Assembly: GCF_000760515.2 (NCBI RefSeq)
Contig: NW_013546711.1
Location: 1-64,000, forward strand
From: Mitosporidium daphniae
Taxonomy: Eukaryota
Length of the DNA stretch: 64,000 nucleotides
Reading direction: 5' to 3'
The notes beneath the pieces were generated by a model. It was not told the origin of the DNA and searched no databases. It was given only the letters and a program-made list of their open reading frames with translations. A program made the translations under genes and the position numbers. Position 1 is the stretch's first letter, and each line of letters begins with the position of its first letter. Shown piece by piece: positions 50,416 to 62,049 of this stretch.

Positions 50416-51003
50416 GCAACCCTAGCATTCCAAATTGTTATTTAAATTGCAAATGCCCAAATCAATGATTGGTGCATATCGGAATGTCAATGAAATGCCA
50501 CGTGGTGTGAAGAAAGCAGACCGTGACAAAGTGCAGACATTGCGAAAAGATTTGGGCCAAACCTCTTCCTAGAGACCTAGAGCAAAAATCCAGATCCAAG
50601 GATCCTACCGAATTCACCTGATCTACAGGATCTACATAGCCCACGCGCAAACATTCGCTTGTTGAATTTCTTAAAAGACTGGTTAAAGATTTAAAAGGGC
50701 CAGATAAATGGCAAAAATGATCTCCAATTCCGGGACCATTGCTTAAATGCTTAATTTGATGAAAACATTTTGTTTTCAAATTGCGAAAGCTTTGCAACAG
50801 GACGCTTTTTACGGTGTGCTGCGAATTTTTTCATTGCTTATTAGTAAATTAGTCGAATCCGATATTTGCCATGTATCTTTGATTCTTAGCTCGTATTTAT
50901 GTAGCGGTAAGGCTACCCCGCCCCCCTCCAATACGGCAATTAAAATTTCAAGTTGAAAAACTGGCTGCAAATTTTATTTAATTTTAATTTTGATATCATT
51001 ACG

Positions 51004-53002
51004 ATGAGCGAAAACCAAGCTCCGTTTAATGCAGACGGGCAATCTGAACGGCCTCTTACTTCCGCATGGAGTGTTCACAAAACGGCAGAAGGAAAAACAT
51101 ATTACTATAACAAGGAAACCAAGAAAAGCTCGTGGGTAATCCCCACCGAGCTTGATGCCTCTGAAAAAAAGCCTGCCAATGTCGTGGTCGAGGATCCTAC
51201 CTTGCCTGCAGGGTGGAGCGCCTTTAAGACACCAGAAGGTATTGCATCTATTTTTACTTTTTTCGCTAGGCAAAATATATTACTTCAATTCTGAAGCCAA
51301 AAAATCTTCATGGACACATCCTCTTTCCAAAAATACGGTTCCACAACTGAGGGCATCGGAGATCGCAGAGATGATCCCGGAAGATCAGTTTTTCTATCTT
51401 CTCCGAAAATCGGGAATTTCTTCCGACTACACATGGGAATCGGCCCTTCGATTAATTATCAACGATCCAATCTATTCCTCCGCCCTTAAGACAGTTTCGG
51501 AGCGAAAGGAGGCTTTTGCAAAGTATCTTGTGTTGCAACGAGAGCGAGAAAGGACCTTGGCGGAAAAGGCAGAACAAGAGAAACGCATGGCATTTAAGGC
51601 GATTTTAGAAAAAACGCCGAAAATCCACCTCACTACAAGATGGCGCTCCGTTATGCCGCTATTCACTGGCGAGCCGGCTTTTCTGGCCCTTTCTTCTGAA
51701 AGGGAGCGAGAAATGATTTTTGAAGAGACAATAGACAAATTGAGAGAAGAAAAGCATGCCTTGGAGCTGGAGATGCAAAAGAAAATCAAGGGAAAACTTC
51801 GTATGCTGCTTGAAAAGATCAAGTGGTCATTCCATACGTGTTCGTGGGACACCATAATGCCTCAACTTGAGCAGCAGGATGAATGGCATCAAGAGGATCC
51901 GGATTTTAACGCCATCTCCAAATTGGATCTTTTACTTGCATATGAGAGCATTGTGTTGGAAGACCAGGAGGCTTTTTACCTTGAAGAGCGACGAAGGAAT
52001 GAACAGGAAAGAGCTGATGCAATTAGACGACGAATTTGTTTCGCTTTGCATTTGGAGTCCTTGGTCCACAAGGGGCTACTGACTTCGTCGTCCCAGTGGA
52101 TTGAAAATGCTTACCCAATAATCAAGGATTCTCCCGTATTCAAAGAGTTGCTTGAAAAAAACGCAAGTGGCAGCTGTCCACTGGATCTGTTCTATGATGT
52201 CATTGATAGGCTTGAAGCCGAACAGAGCGCCTTTAACGCCCAAGTTAATCGATACCTGCAAGAATATCCGCACGAGATCCTTACAGATCCAAAGGCTCTT
52301 GCTAATATTTACATCCACGCTGAGGAGATCTCGCAACGTTCAGAGGTTTTTTCTGGGCTTTCTCCGATTTCGCCAAGAAATCGCGCAATCAAGTCTTTTG
52401 TTCAGTCTCTTTTCCATCATTTAGAAAATCTCTTTTTTTCGTGCAGAGATTTCAGAGAAATTGTTCCTTTGCGTGATAAAGAATTTTCGTTGCGCCCCTT
52501 TTCTCTGTCTTCCAGAATTCCAACTGCAATGCTGGAGAAAAACTACAGAACAGGACTTCGTCGCCTCGTGTACTTTACATGTGCAGATGCTCTGCTTTCG
52601 CAAAAGCGCGAGGAAAAGAAAAGGAGCCATGCCGCCAAAAGGGTGCTTTATGATGAATTCAAGACTTATCTCAAGTCCAACCGCTCGTTTGTGCTAGCCC
52701 ACGACACCTGGGTTGCTTTCCGAGATCAGGTGTGGATTCCTACGCTTCAAACCGAATTTGGAGCGCTTGGTGAGCATCTCGCATGTCGCGCCTTTGAAAG
52801 GTTCAAGGAAAAAGCGGCCTCTAGCAATCCCAAACAGCAAAAGCTCGATGGAGGTGCTGAAGATACCATTGCTGCGAATTCCGCCCAATTGCCGGCAGCA
52901 TCAAGGCCTGTGGTTTTCAAGACCTTTTCCAGGGCCTCTACATCTGTGAGCATCTCCAGCGGCCGGCCAAGAGCCATCTCCTCATATTCCGATATTGCCT
53001 GA
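51004..53002 (+). CDS. PRP40: Pre-mRNA processing factor Prp40 (WW-WW-FF)
   Basis: Two WW domains (WSVHKTAEGKTYYYN...SSW..P; W..FKTPEG|KIYYFN...SSW.HP) followed by FF repeats; GS.PLDLFYD. Confidence 0.9.
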
Positions 53003-53327
53003 TATTTAAATCTTTGATCACGTCGTATGTTTGCACAATAGCGTTAGATTGGGCGTGTTAGATTAAATGTACCATTGGACCCACCATACTATCGTTTCCA
53101 CCGCGAGGATTGCCGCCGCTAGGATCTTTTCCTTATGCCCCATCTTTAGCAGTGCTAAGGGGACGCTCGCTTTCACCATCAAGGGAACGTGCGTACAGCT
53201 GCATTCTGTATCTGGGTAAATACCTCGGTCATCAAAACAACAGCAAGTGAGTTCAATGGCCATTCAACGCACCGGCCTCGATAAAATTCACTCCCAATTT
53301 CGTGTGCAATGATGCTCGACTGGCTGG

Positions 53328-56300
53328 CTAAAGACATTTATTTAAAGACCGATGTTTCTGCAAGAAAAGTAAGAAAACATAGATCACGATCGGATAAATG
53401 TAAATTCTACAAGCACTCAGCACTGGATTTGTACAAATGGTTACAAGCCATAAGGCAAAAGTAGTGGACATCAAAAGCGGCCCGATAAGTCTTTTTGGCA
53501 GCATGTTAATTAGTCTGTTGAAGGTGGATGTTTCAAAAAAAAGCAGAACCAGCGATTCATTGGGAAAGTACGAAAATGGATGGCTTTTCCATTTCCAACC
53601 AAGCTCTTTGATAAGAATCATGGCACTATGCACCGAAGACATCATCCCAAACAAAGATAATGAGCAAATCAAACCAGAGTAGATACTCGAAGACCTCTTC
53701 CTAGTATGGAAATATATGACGCCGAGGAAATAAATAAACAAGTTTGGGTGAAAGGGAAAGACAACGTATAAAAACAACCCGACTCGCAGAACCAACCTGT
53801 CGAGCTGGTTGAAAATAGAAAAAAGAACAAAGCTAAATGGACTTTTGGATCCAAGCAAATAGTAAAGCGATTCAAACACCACACAGACCAGTTCCATCGT
53901 GATCTCGGTGATCGACAAAAAGGACACCGTAAAATAAAGAGACATCAGCATCAATAGATACTCCAGACTTGATGGAATAATATTCATTTGAAAATGCAGA
54001 AACATCCTAAGAAACATGATGGCCAGGCAATTTACAGCAATGCAAAAGATCATTTTCCTCACCGGAAGCTTGCTATTAGCAGAGGCCTGTAGCGAAACAG
54101 CAAAGAGGCAAAATATGACGGGATAGAAATACATTATCCACGGAAAATACCATTTGAAAGCCAGAGAAATCCCCAAAAGCTTTTCCGGAGTAAACAGGAT
54201 CGATTCGTGGACTTCGTATCGTGGATCAATTAGCATCTTAATGATTAGGGGATCAAGAGGAGCCCCGGGCTTGGCATCTTGCAATGAAATTAAATGCGAA
54301 AAGCGGTAGGTATTTGATCCGCCCCTTGTAACGACCGATTCTGGCTTAATATCTAAATATTTCTTTTCAACTTGCGAATGGAAGAAAGCCTGGATAGCAT
54401 TGGGTGGTGAATTGGCGATCACATCTGATTTGGCTCTAAGAAACACGGTAAGGCGAAGAACTTGATACTTTGGCCTCAAGTTAAGTATTGAGATTTTGAT
54501 TTGTGACATTGAACAAGATGAGCTAGCAACGCTTATGGCATCATAATTAAGGAAATATGCAAAAAAATAATCCAAAAGCCCAAACGATAGCTTTACCGAG
54601 AGTTTTGCAGCGCTCGGGTCCACAGGCAAGGATTTCTTATTGCTAATGATGGAAATATAAGATGACGGCGAAGAGGCCCAAGACAATAAACTTGAAAAGC
54701 GGGACTTTTGGTGGTAGTTTAGCTTGGAAGACAAAAATTGAGTCTCTTCCGAATGGACCATGGAATCTAAATACGAGTTGCTACCTGAAAAATTAACAAA
54801 TGGAGAAAAAGATTCGAAAACCGAATGACTCGGGGGCAGAAACATGTAGCTTTGATCCAAGGATGTTGCCCTGAAAGGCAGAATGATTATCATCGCAGGC
54901 AAGATAATATCCCTTTTCAATTGCGAATGGAACGGGATGTTAATGGATGAATATACCGAATTGAGACAAAAAGATTTCGAACCAGCGGGGTAAAAAGACT
55001 CTGGAAGATTCATATGTGGGCCCATGAGCCCAGATACTGCTCGTAATTTTCCGTTTTCCACCTCAATTGACGTGATATTTTCAATAATGATATGATCTTT
55101 AACGGGCTGTAAGCTCGTCGAAAATTGGGCTGCACTTGATGAGGCACTTTTTAAGATAAGCGCAAAATGTCGATTGTTTCCGATGAGCCCTGCCAAGTCA
55201 TTATGGTCCAAATAAATGTCCCCATTTGCAGGCAAAAGGATCTCCTGATAATAGATATCATCCCGACCCGATTTGGTGCTTGAATATGATACTTCCCTGG
55301 CTGGAATGTTCGAAACATCGGGTTCGTCGTCGATGATATTGCCACTTTTCCAATATGTTGATAGGTCCGATAATAACGCCTTTGAAGATAGGCTGGGATT
55401 TTTTCTGTTTCTCAATTTTTCGTTTTGAAGGCCAAAAATGAGCCCAATGTGAACAGCCTTTATGAAGGGGAAATTCCAAACCGACATTTGATGTTCCATC
55501 GATGCCCAAACCAGCGGCATTTCGGAGGTCATCACATTCAGAGTAAATTGCAGATCGCTTTCCTCAACGATTGATAGCTCAGAAGGGACAATAATGTCTC
55601 TAGTGCCTGGAGAGAACGAAATCAGCGGAGGAACGACATTCGCGCCAGCATCGCCATTTGGGATGCGAACAATCTTTGAAAGGTGGCTTTGATGTATTTT
55701 GGAAAAAAGATCCTCAAACTTGCGGTCAAGAGCTCCCAAGCAACGTGCGTGCGGAGTATTGAGAGTGATTACCATTTTCACTGCCGACGGTACATCGGCG
55801 TGGGCCAAGAGTTGATGATCCATATAAACAGCACCTTTAGCAACTATTCCGCCCATGGAGTGTCCAATAAGAATGATTTCTTGCTTATTTCCAATGGAAG
55901 AGTAGAGGCCAGAAAGAAATTTGACGATTTCTGTCAAATACTCTACTTGACGCTCGAGAATTTGCCCCGAAAAGGCACTGAGCTCCTCGGCAAAATCAAT
56001 GCAAAAATAGTCAAACTTTATGTCGAAACGCGACTTTATCTTTTCAGAGTACGATGCAAAGCTCCTGCATTGCCGTGGATGAAGATCACGGGGATTCCAG
56101 AAAACAACCGATTGAACCGCGAAAAATTATTAAAATTTTTGCCATTTACCTGGTTTAGGTTTTCATTTTGCAAATTGATCTCATTTGTAGCTTCTATGTA
56201 CAAGAATAGGCGGTACGGAAGATTGGGATGGCCGGGGTTATCATTTACAATTTCAACGTATTTTGGCCGCATAAAAGACACATGCTCCCTGGATTCGTCG

Positions 56301-56404
56301 AATTTGGTTGAAAAATAGAGGAAAATCAGATAAAAAAGAATGCCACTGATGAAAAACGACGCCACCGCTGGAGAAAGCAGCTTTGCACGCACAGCAAAAG
56401 ACAT
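53328..56404 (-). CDS. BST1: GPI inositol-deacylase Bst1/PGAP1, with an apparent frame disruption near 56036-56060
   Basis: N-terminal TM, GIPVIFIHGNAG, DYFCIDFAEELSAFSG, lipase motif IGHSMGG.VA, ITLNTPH, multiple C-terminal TMs. Confidence 0.85.
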
Positions 56405-56512
56405 TCCAGACTCGCCAACTTTTGATGTTTGTTCAAAATGAAATTGATCAATCAAATATGACAAAGTTGCGATAAATCCATTTTATTGATTTTACTCGTT
56501 TTATCAAAGCTC

Positions 56513-57209
56513 CTATTTGCTGGCCAATTGATACCGGCTTGCAATGTCTTTCCAATTTATAATGTTCCATATTGCCTTGAGATAGTCGGGCCTCACATTC
56601 TTATATTGCAGGTAATATGCATGCTCCCACACGTCAATGCCCAACAGCGGCACCAATCCTACTGTCGCGAGGGGATCTTGATTTGGAGTGGTCGTCATAA
56701 CGAGCTGCTTTCTGTCTTTGCAAAACCCCTATGCGTTCGAATTAATAAAGCTAGCATACAAGCCATGCCCAGCCGGATCCCTGGACCGCTGCCGCCTTTG
56801 CGGATAGCGTTTTTTGCATATTTTCGAGCGAGCCGAACTGAAGGCCAATGGCCTGGTACAGCGCACTGCCTGGATCAAGCTCTGCGAAATCTTTCGTGGG
56901 ACACAGGTTTTTCCAAAAAATCGAATGATTTATGTGGCCACCGCCATTGAATTTGATCATGCTTTGCAGGCCTATCAGAGCGCCAATATCGTTTGTGGAC
57001 TCTGCCTTTAGCTGCTGTTCCATTGCCGTATTGAAGCCATTCACATAGGCTTGGTGATGCTTTGTGTGGTGAAGCCGCATGATATCTGCAAAAATATAAG
57101 GCTCCAAGGCATTGTAATCATAGTCAAGATCGGGCAAAATCGCCTGGTTTTTCGATGACATCAGCGAGAACAATCTCTTGTGTGAACGCAAGATCATACT
57201 TGCTTTCAT
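56513..57209 (-). CDS. SOD2: Manganese superoxide dismutase, mitochondrial
   Basis: [58 protein letters not shown]. Confidence 0.97.
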
Positions 57210-57304
57210 TGAAGTTAAAGTGATTAAAAGTCTCGTATGCACCGGCAAAACCTTAAAATTGAAATGGTGGTTTATAAATTTAAAATCAATCGGCAATACT
57301 TTGT

Positions 57305-57562
57305 CTACTGGGCGGATCTGGGTGAGTAATATTGAGAGTAAATTACAGATTGCCTTTTCAAAAGCTCCAAAGAATTCGTGCCCTCCCGAAATAGTCGCTG
57401 TGCATCTTCTGGAGAGCAGTTTCTGCCCTCCGAGAAGGACCGCTTAATTTTCCTGATCGCATACTCGCGTATGTTATATTGTGGAAAGTTTCTGGCTTCT
57501 TTTAGCAGCATTTTGTAAAGCTTCACAGCATTAATTGCCTGAGGATGGGTCGAAAAGTGCAT
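57305..57562 (-). CDS. ISD11: LYR-motif protein Isd11 (LYRM4)
   Basis: LYKMLLKEA..FPQYNIREYA.R.....F, L.LLKRQ.VI...Y. Confidence 0.9.
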   Translation of the reverse strand: MHFSTHPQAINAVKLYKMLLKEARNFPQYNIREYAIRKIKRSFSEGRNCSPEDAQRLFREGTNSLELLKRQSVIYSQYYSPRSAQ

Positions 57563-57628
57563 CGTTGATTGATTGGTCTGTTGCTGGTAATGTCCAATTA
57601 AAATGCCATTTTTTAAAAGTAAAATTTA

Positions 57629-59822
57629 TTAGTAGCCATCGGGTGCACCTTGTTTTCTGGGATCCGAGACGGCTTCGATAACTCCATTGACCGGATTCCG
57701 GTATACTAGCTGTACCATTGATAAATATTTAAATGCAGAAAGAATGTTCACAATATGGCCCCTCGATTTCAAATGTTTAACAATGTTGGTATCTGCACCA
57801 AATTCCAATTCAACCTATTGGGATTAGAAAATCGGGTATAGAACGAACAAAGTCTGGCTTGTATTGATGATACAGCCGAAGGTGGGAAACACTTTCTTCT
57901 GCATTCATCTTGTAGTCGAAAAGATTGATAACGGTCTAGCAGATTATTTACTTGTTGCATTCTAACCTGTATGGTTGCGGATATGATTCTAGACCCGCCA
58001 GCGCCGCCAAGCACTGCCTCCACTTTTGACGAATTTCTTCCAAGTATGATCAGTGGGCTGCTAGAAGAAGCAGGCCGTTTTCTAGGCCCTGATATTTAGT
58101 GAGAACGATGTTCGCCCTTCTTACCAATAAAGTTATGCGGGTTTGGAGGCAGGATGAACGAATTATTAAAAGAACTTAACGAAAAGTCGTCCATTTCATT
58201 GTTAAAGAGGATTCCAGTCTCATGGTCCAACACTTTGCTTCCAAACTCCAGATTTACCTGGTAAATTAGTGCTATAAACGTGCGATGGGCCTTACCGTGC
58301 TTGTACAAGATACCGCCATGCCGTGTTCATCTAGAACGGACACATGGGTAGTTCCATGATCATCTTTCTCCTCAAACTGCACGTCATAATATTCGGGCGG
58401 AAACGTTTGCTCCTAACAATAAAAATCTACCAATCTTCATGCCTTTGAAATGAGGCTGGATTTCATATCAGCCATGCCTGCGGAGACGATTTTTTTCTCG
58501 AATGCTTCGAGAGTCTCCTAATGCATAAAAAACGGCTTTACGTACTTTGAATGGGGGAACGGGATCACCAAGAAGAGATCTGCTTGCATAGCCATGCTTC
58601 AAAGCCTCAACAAGTATATGGATGTTTTCCACTGTATTACGGTTCAATTTGAAGCGTTCCAAAATTCCTAGCACTTGAAGCACGATGGAGCCACTGAAAT
58701 AAACGAATTCCATGCATACCTTGCAGGAATACCAGCAGTGATCACTTTTCGGTCGCGATAAAAACCTTCCAAGGGCTTCCTGATGACGACGTTATATGAT
58801 CCTAGGTCCTTCAGGCTAATAATTGCCCCCGCTTTTCTTAGGTTTTTTACCATAGTCTTGGCTAGTTGGCCATGGTAAAACACATCTGCTCCCTGTTCAG
58901 CGATAAGTTCAAGTGTCGAGGCTAGATTTCCTCTTTTTAGGATTTCGCCCTCGCTGTAGACGGACCCGTTTCTGGTATATGTTTTTGATAATCCCTCCTC
59001 GTTGAGAATAACTGACTCGAATTTCTTTTAATGAGGGTCAATTGTTCTGATACCTTTAAACGCATTGCCAATTCCGATGGCACTCTAAACCCTTCCCTTG
59101 CTAGCTTAATTGAGGGCCAAAAGAGATCTTTCCACGGTAATTTTCCAAATCTAACATGTTCGGTAAATGCACGCTACACATACCTTTTGTGAGCTTCTGA
59201 AAAGCCCTTTATTTCTGCTGGAATGGCAATAGATAGAGGGCCTTTAACAATTTGGCTTACATCGTTTTCAAACATTTCTTTATATGCAAGAGAGGGTGCT
59301 GTCTCCCGAAAATCGATCACTATGCTTGTCCCATTTGGTTCTCTGATGAGGATAAAGCCGCCCCTACATGTTACCACTTTTCAGCCAAAATATACCCTCC
59401 AATTCCAGATGAAAAATTATTTACGACCCCTATGCATACTAAGGAAGCAATGGCGGCATCCACAGCACTTCCCCCGGCCAATAGGGTGTTTTTTCCAATT
59501 GTTGAACACAGACCAACCTCGCTTGATACGGCAGCTTTGGTGTACACCCCAATGGGCACCGTTTTTGACTGTTTCCCGATGTTTCCAGTCGATGAAGAGG
59601 TATTCAATAAACTTGGTGAATAATAGAAGGATATGAAAATAACACCGCCTAGGAAATTATAAAAATTTTGGCCATACAAAGAAACAAAATTAGTGCCAAA
59701 AATAGGAGGATTTTCCTTTTCCTGTAAATCCTGCCCCGGCTGCTAGTTTTTGGCACGGTATTTGATCTGTCGCCGCATGGTGCCTGATACGAGTGGATGT
59801 TGCTACTTGAGCCTTCTAACAT
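57629..59822 (-). CDS. Gamma-glutamyltranspeptidase (glutathione hydrolase), many exons
   Basis: N-terminal TM, CSTIG...[67 protein letters not shown]. Confidence 0.92.
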
Positions 59823-60040
59823 AAATATTGCTGCTAAAAAGGACGGAACAAATTATGATCAGAATTGATTGATACAATATGAGCCAATCAGATAAATTTC
59901 TTCAAAACTCGCATCTGAAACTGGCCATGTACTCCAATAAACTTGCCATCGATATTGCCCCTGAATGCAAAGAATTAAACATAAACAAAAAACACGCTTA
60001 TTTTTTATCTGCGAAAAGCATATCTCAAAATCACGATACC

Positions 60041-60201
60041 TGTTGTGATCCAATGGCGAGACTTGTTGTGATCCAATGGCGAGACTTGTTGTGATCCAAT
60101 GGCGAGACCTGTTGTGATCCAATGGCGAGACCTGTTGTGATCCAATGGCGAGACTTGTTGTGATCCAATGGCGAGACCTGTTGTGATCCAATGGCGAGAC
60201 C
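60041..60201. repeat. Minisatellite, 23-nt unit TGTTGTGATCCAATGGCGAGACY x7
   Basis: Seven units differing only at the last base; no unique spacers. Confidence 0.98.
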
Positions 60202-60257
60202 ATGTGTTGCATTTAGCCTATGAAAGCGACCGGCCGGCTATCAATTGTTGTGGATGT

Positions 60258-61802
60258 TTATTTTTTTGCCAAAATGTCCCTTAAAACGTCAAGATCGGAA
60301 ATGGGCTCCCCAAAGTACCATTTATACGGCTCGATCTCAACAACCTCGTTAGAAACGACGGGGGAGAGGTTAGCCTTGTCAAATAATCTCTGGAATTGCT
60401 CATAAAGTGCATCCCTACAGCTTTCTGGAGTACCCTCTTCTTTTTTTCCCGGAACAGAGGCATTCTTGAGAGGAGAAAATTCCTCCTTTCTAGAAACTAG
60501 CATCACAGCCAGGTCTTTCGGCGAGGGGAGCAGATGAAGAATATCAAATATAAATCTTTCTAACTTTAATCCTGAAACGGTGGCATCAGGATAGACTCTA
60601 ATATGTTTCCTGGCAATGTGCGCAGGTAGGATTGTCGCTTGGGTGGCTTTAGAGGAGTTATCAAGCCTTGTTGCAGCCATTTCCAAAAAGTCAAGCGAAA
60701 AATAGTGGCTTGCAATATTTGCAAATCTATATACTAACGAGGAGCCGCGCTCCTTTGTAAGCGATGCCAACTTTGGTGAAAGTTCGGAGTATTCCACCAT
60801 TTGGATTCCAAGGTTCAATGCAGATGATGTGGGCGGTGATTCTCGGGCTCCTAGAGCCAACACACCCACCCTTTCAGAGGGATTTATTTTTTCCACAACC
60901 TAATTGCGAATAAAAAACTTCACCATGTGTACCTTAATTCCACAAGGCGTATTTGCCTGCGCACACACAGATATGAAATACGGATCTGCAACCCGAGTCA
61001 ATACATTGTCAACACAATACACATGAACATGAAGGATCCCAGCATCCCTCCAAGCTTCAAGAATCTTGCTGTGCTTAAGAGCCTGGAATACACCACCATT
61101 GCCATCTGGAGAAACAATGATTTCCTAAAGAAAAAAAACCTTGCATACATCGGAGGATGAATTCCTCAAAATTTCGTTTGGCGCCTCTTCGCGAAAGCAG
61201 GGCAATTGCCCTTGTATAAAAAACAGCGGAGCTTTATTGCTCGGGTAATGTTTCCTAAAAAAAGCGACCGTTTCCTGATGGGTGGCTGGGCTTGTCATAA
61301 CGGCCCATTTAATTAACGGTGTGTCTGCATTTTGAGATTTACATTGAAAAGTTTTTCTAGCCAGCTCTTCCAACCTTTGAATTCGGCCTGCCTGTAAATC
61401 AAATAGGTTTTTGTTTGACTTCAGTCCGATGTCAAAACAGCCCTTTGGATGAGAAGACCCTAATCGCGTTCCTTGGCCGCCGGCAAGCGTTACAACGGCA
61501 ACTTTTCCTTGAGCGATAAGAGATAGCCCATTCTCAAAGTGTCTTTGTCTTTCCGATTCACTCCATTTGAGAGAATCAGTAACGAGCTCTTCTGGAAACG
61601 GTTCGACTATTTTCTGTGAAGACATGCTAGCCTCCCTTCGAAGGGCATCTGCCAGCAGTTCTCTTGCAAGCTCGATATGATCCGATGGATTTGACTTGGC
61701 TAAAGTCGAGACATTCGTTTTGACTTGCTTCATCTTTTCAAGGTTTGTTTTTTGATCATTTTTCACGGGCGTTAAGCAATTCGTTACATACGGCTTTGTC
61801 AT
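60258..61802 (-). CDS. UAP1: UDP-N-acetylglucosamine pyrophosphorylase (Qri1/UAP1)
   Basis: LAGGQGTRLGS..PKG, MTSPATH, F.QG.LPC, SPDGNGG, YCVDN.L..VADP.F, VEYSEL, KLERFIFD, EEFSPLKNA. Confidence 0.95.
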
Positions 61803-62049
61803 CCTGATATTAAAAACGGCTTCGCGAGTATTTATAGCAAAAGGCTACTACACCATTAATTTGTCCTATTTGTCAACAAGATAAAAAAGTATAAGGTAAT
61901 TGGTCCACATTAGGGTTTAAGATCTTGATAAATTTTCGTTATCACCAACAAAATTTTCAATTTGGATGGCAAATTGAATTTAAAAGTTTAAGGCCCGTTA
62001 ATTTGAACTCGTTGGGATCGTCCAGTTTGGGGAAAGACATTTCTCTTTG

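Noticed and set aside
53063..53263. 66-aa Cys-containing ORF between PRP40 and BST1
   Set aside because: No recognisable family; it lies in the probable 3' UTR of BST1.
60041..60201. CRISPR array
   Set aside because: Units are directly adjacent with no unique spacers, there are no cas genes, and the context is eukaryotic. It is a minisatellite; the 117-aa repeat ORF over it is spurious.
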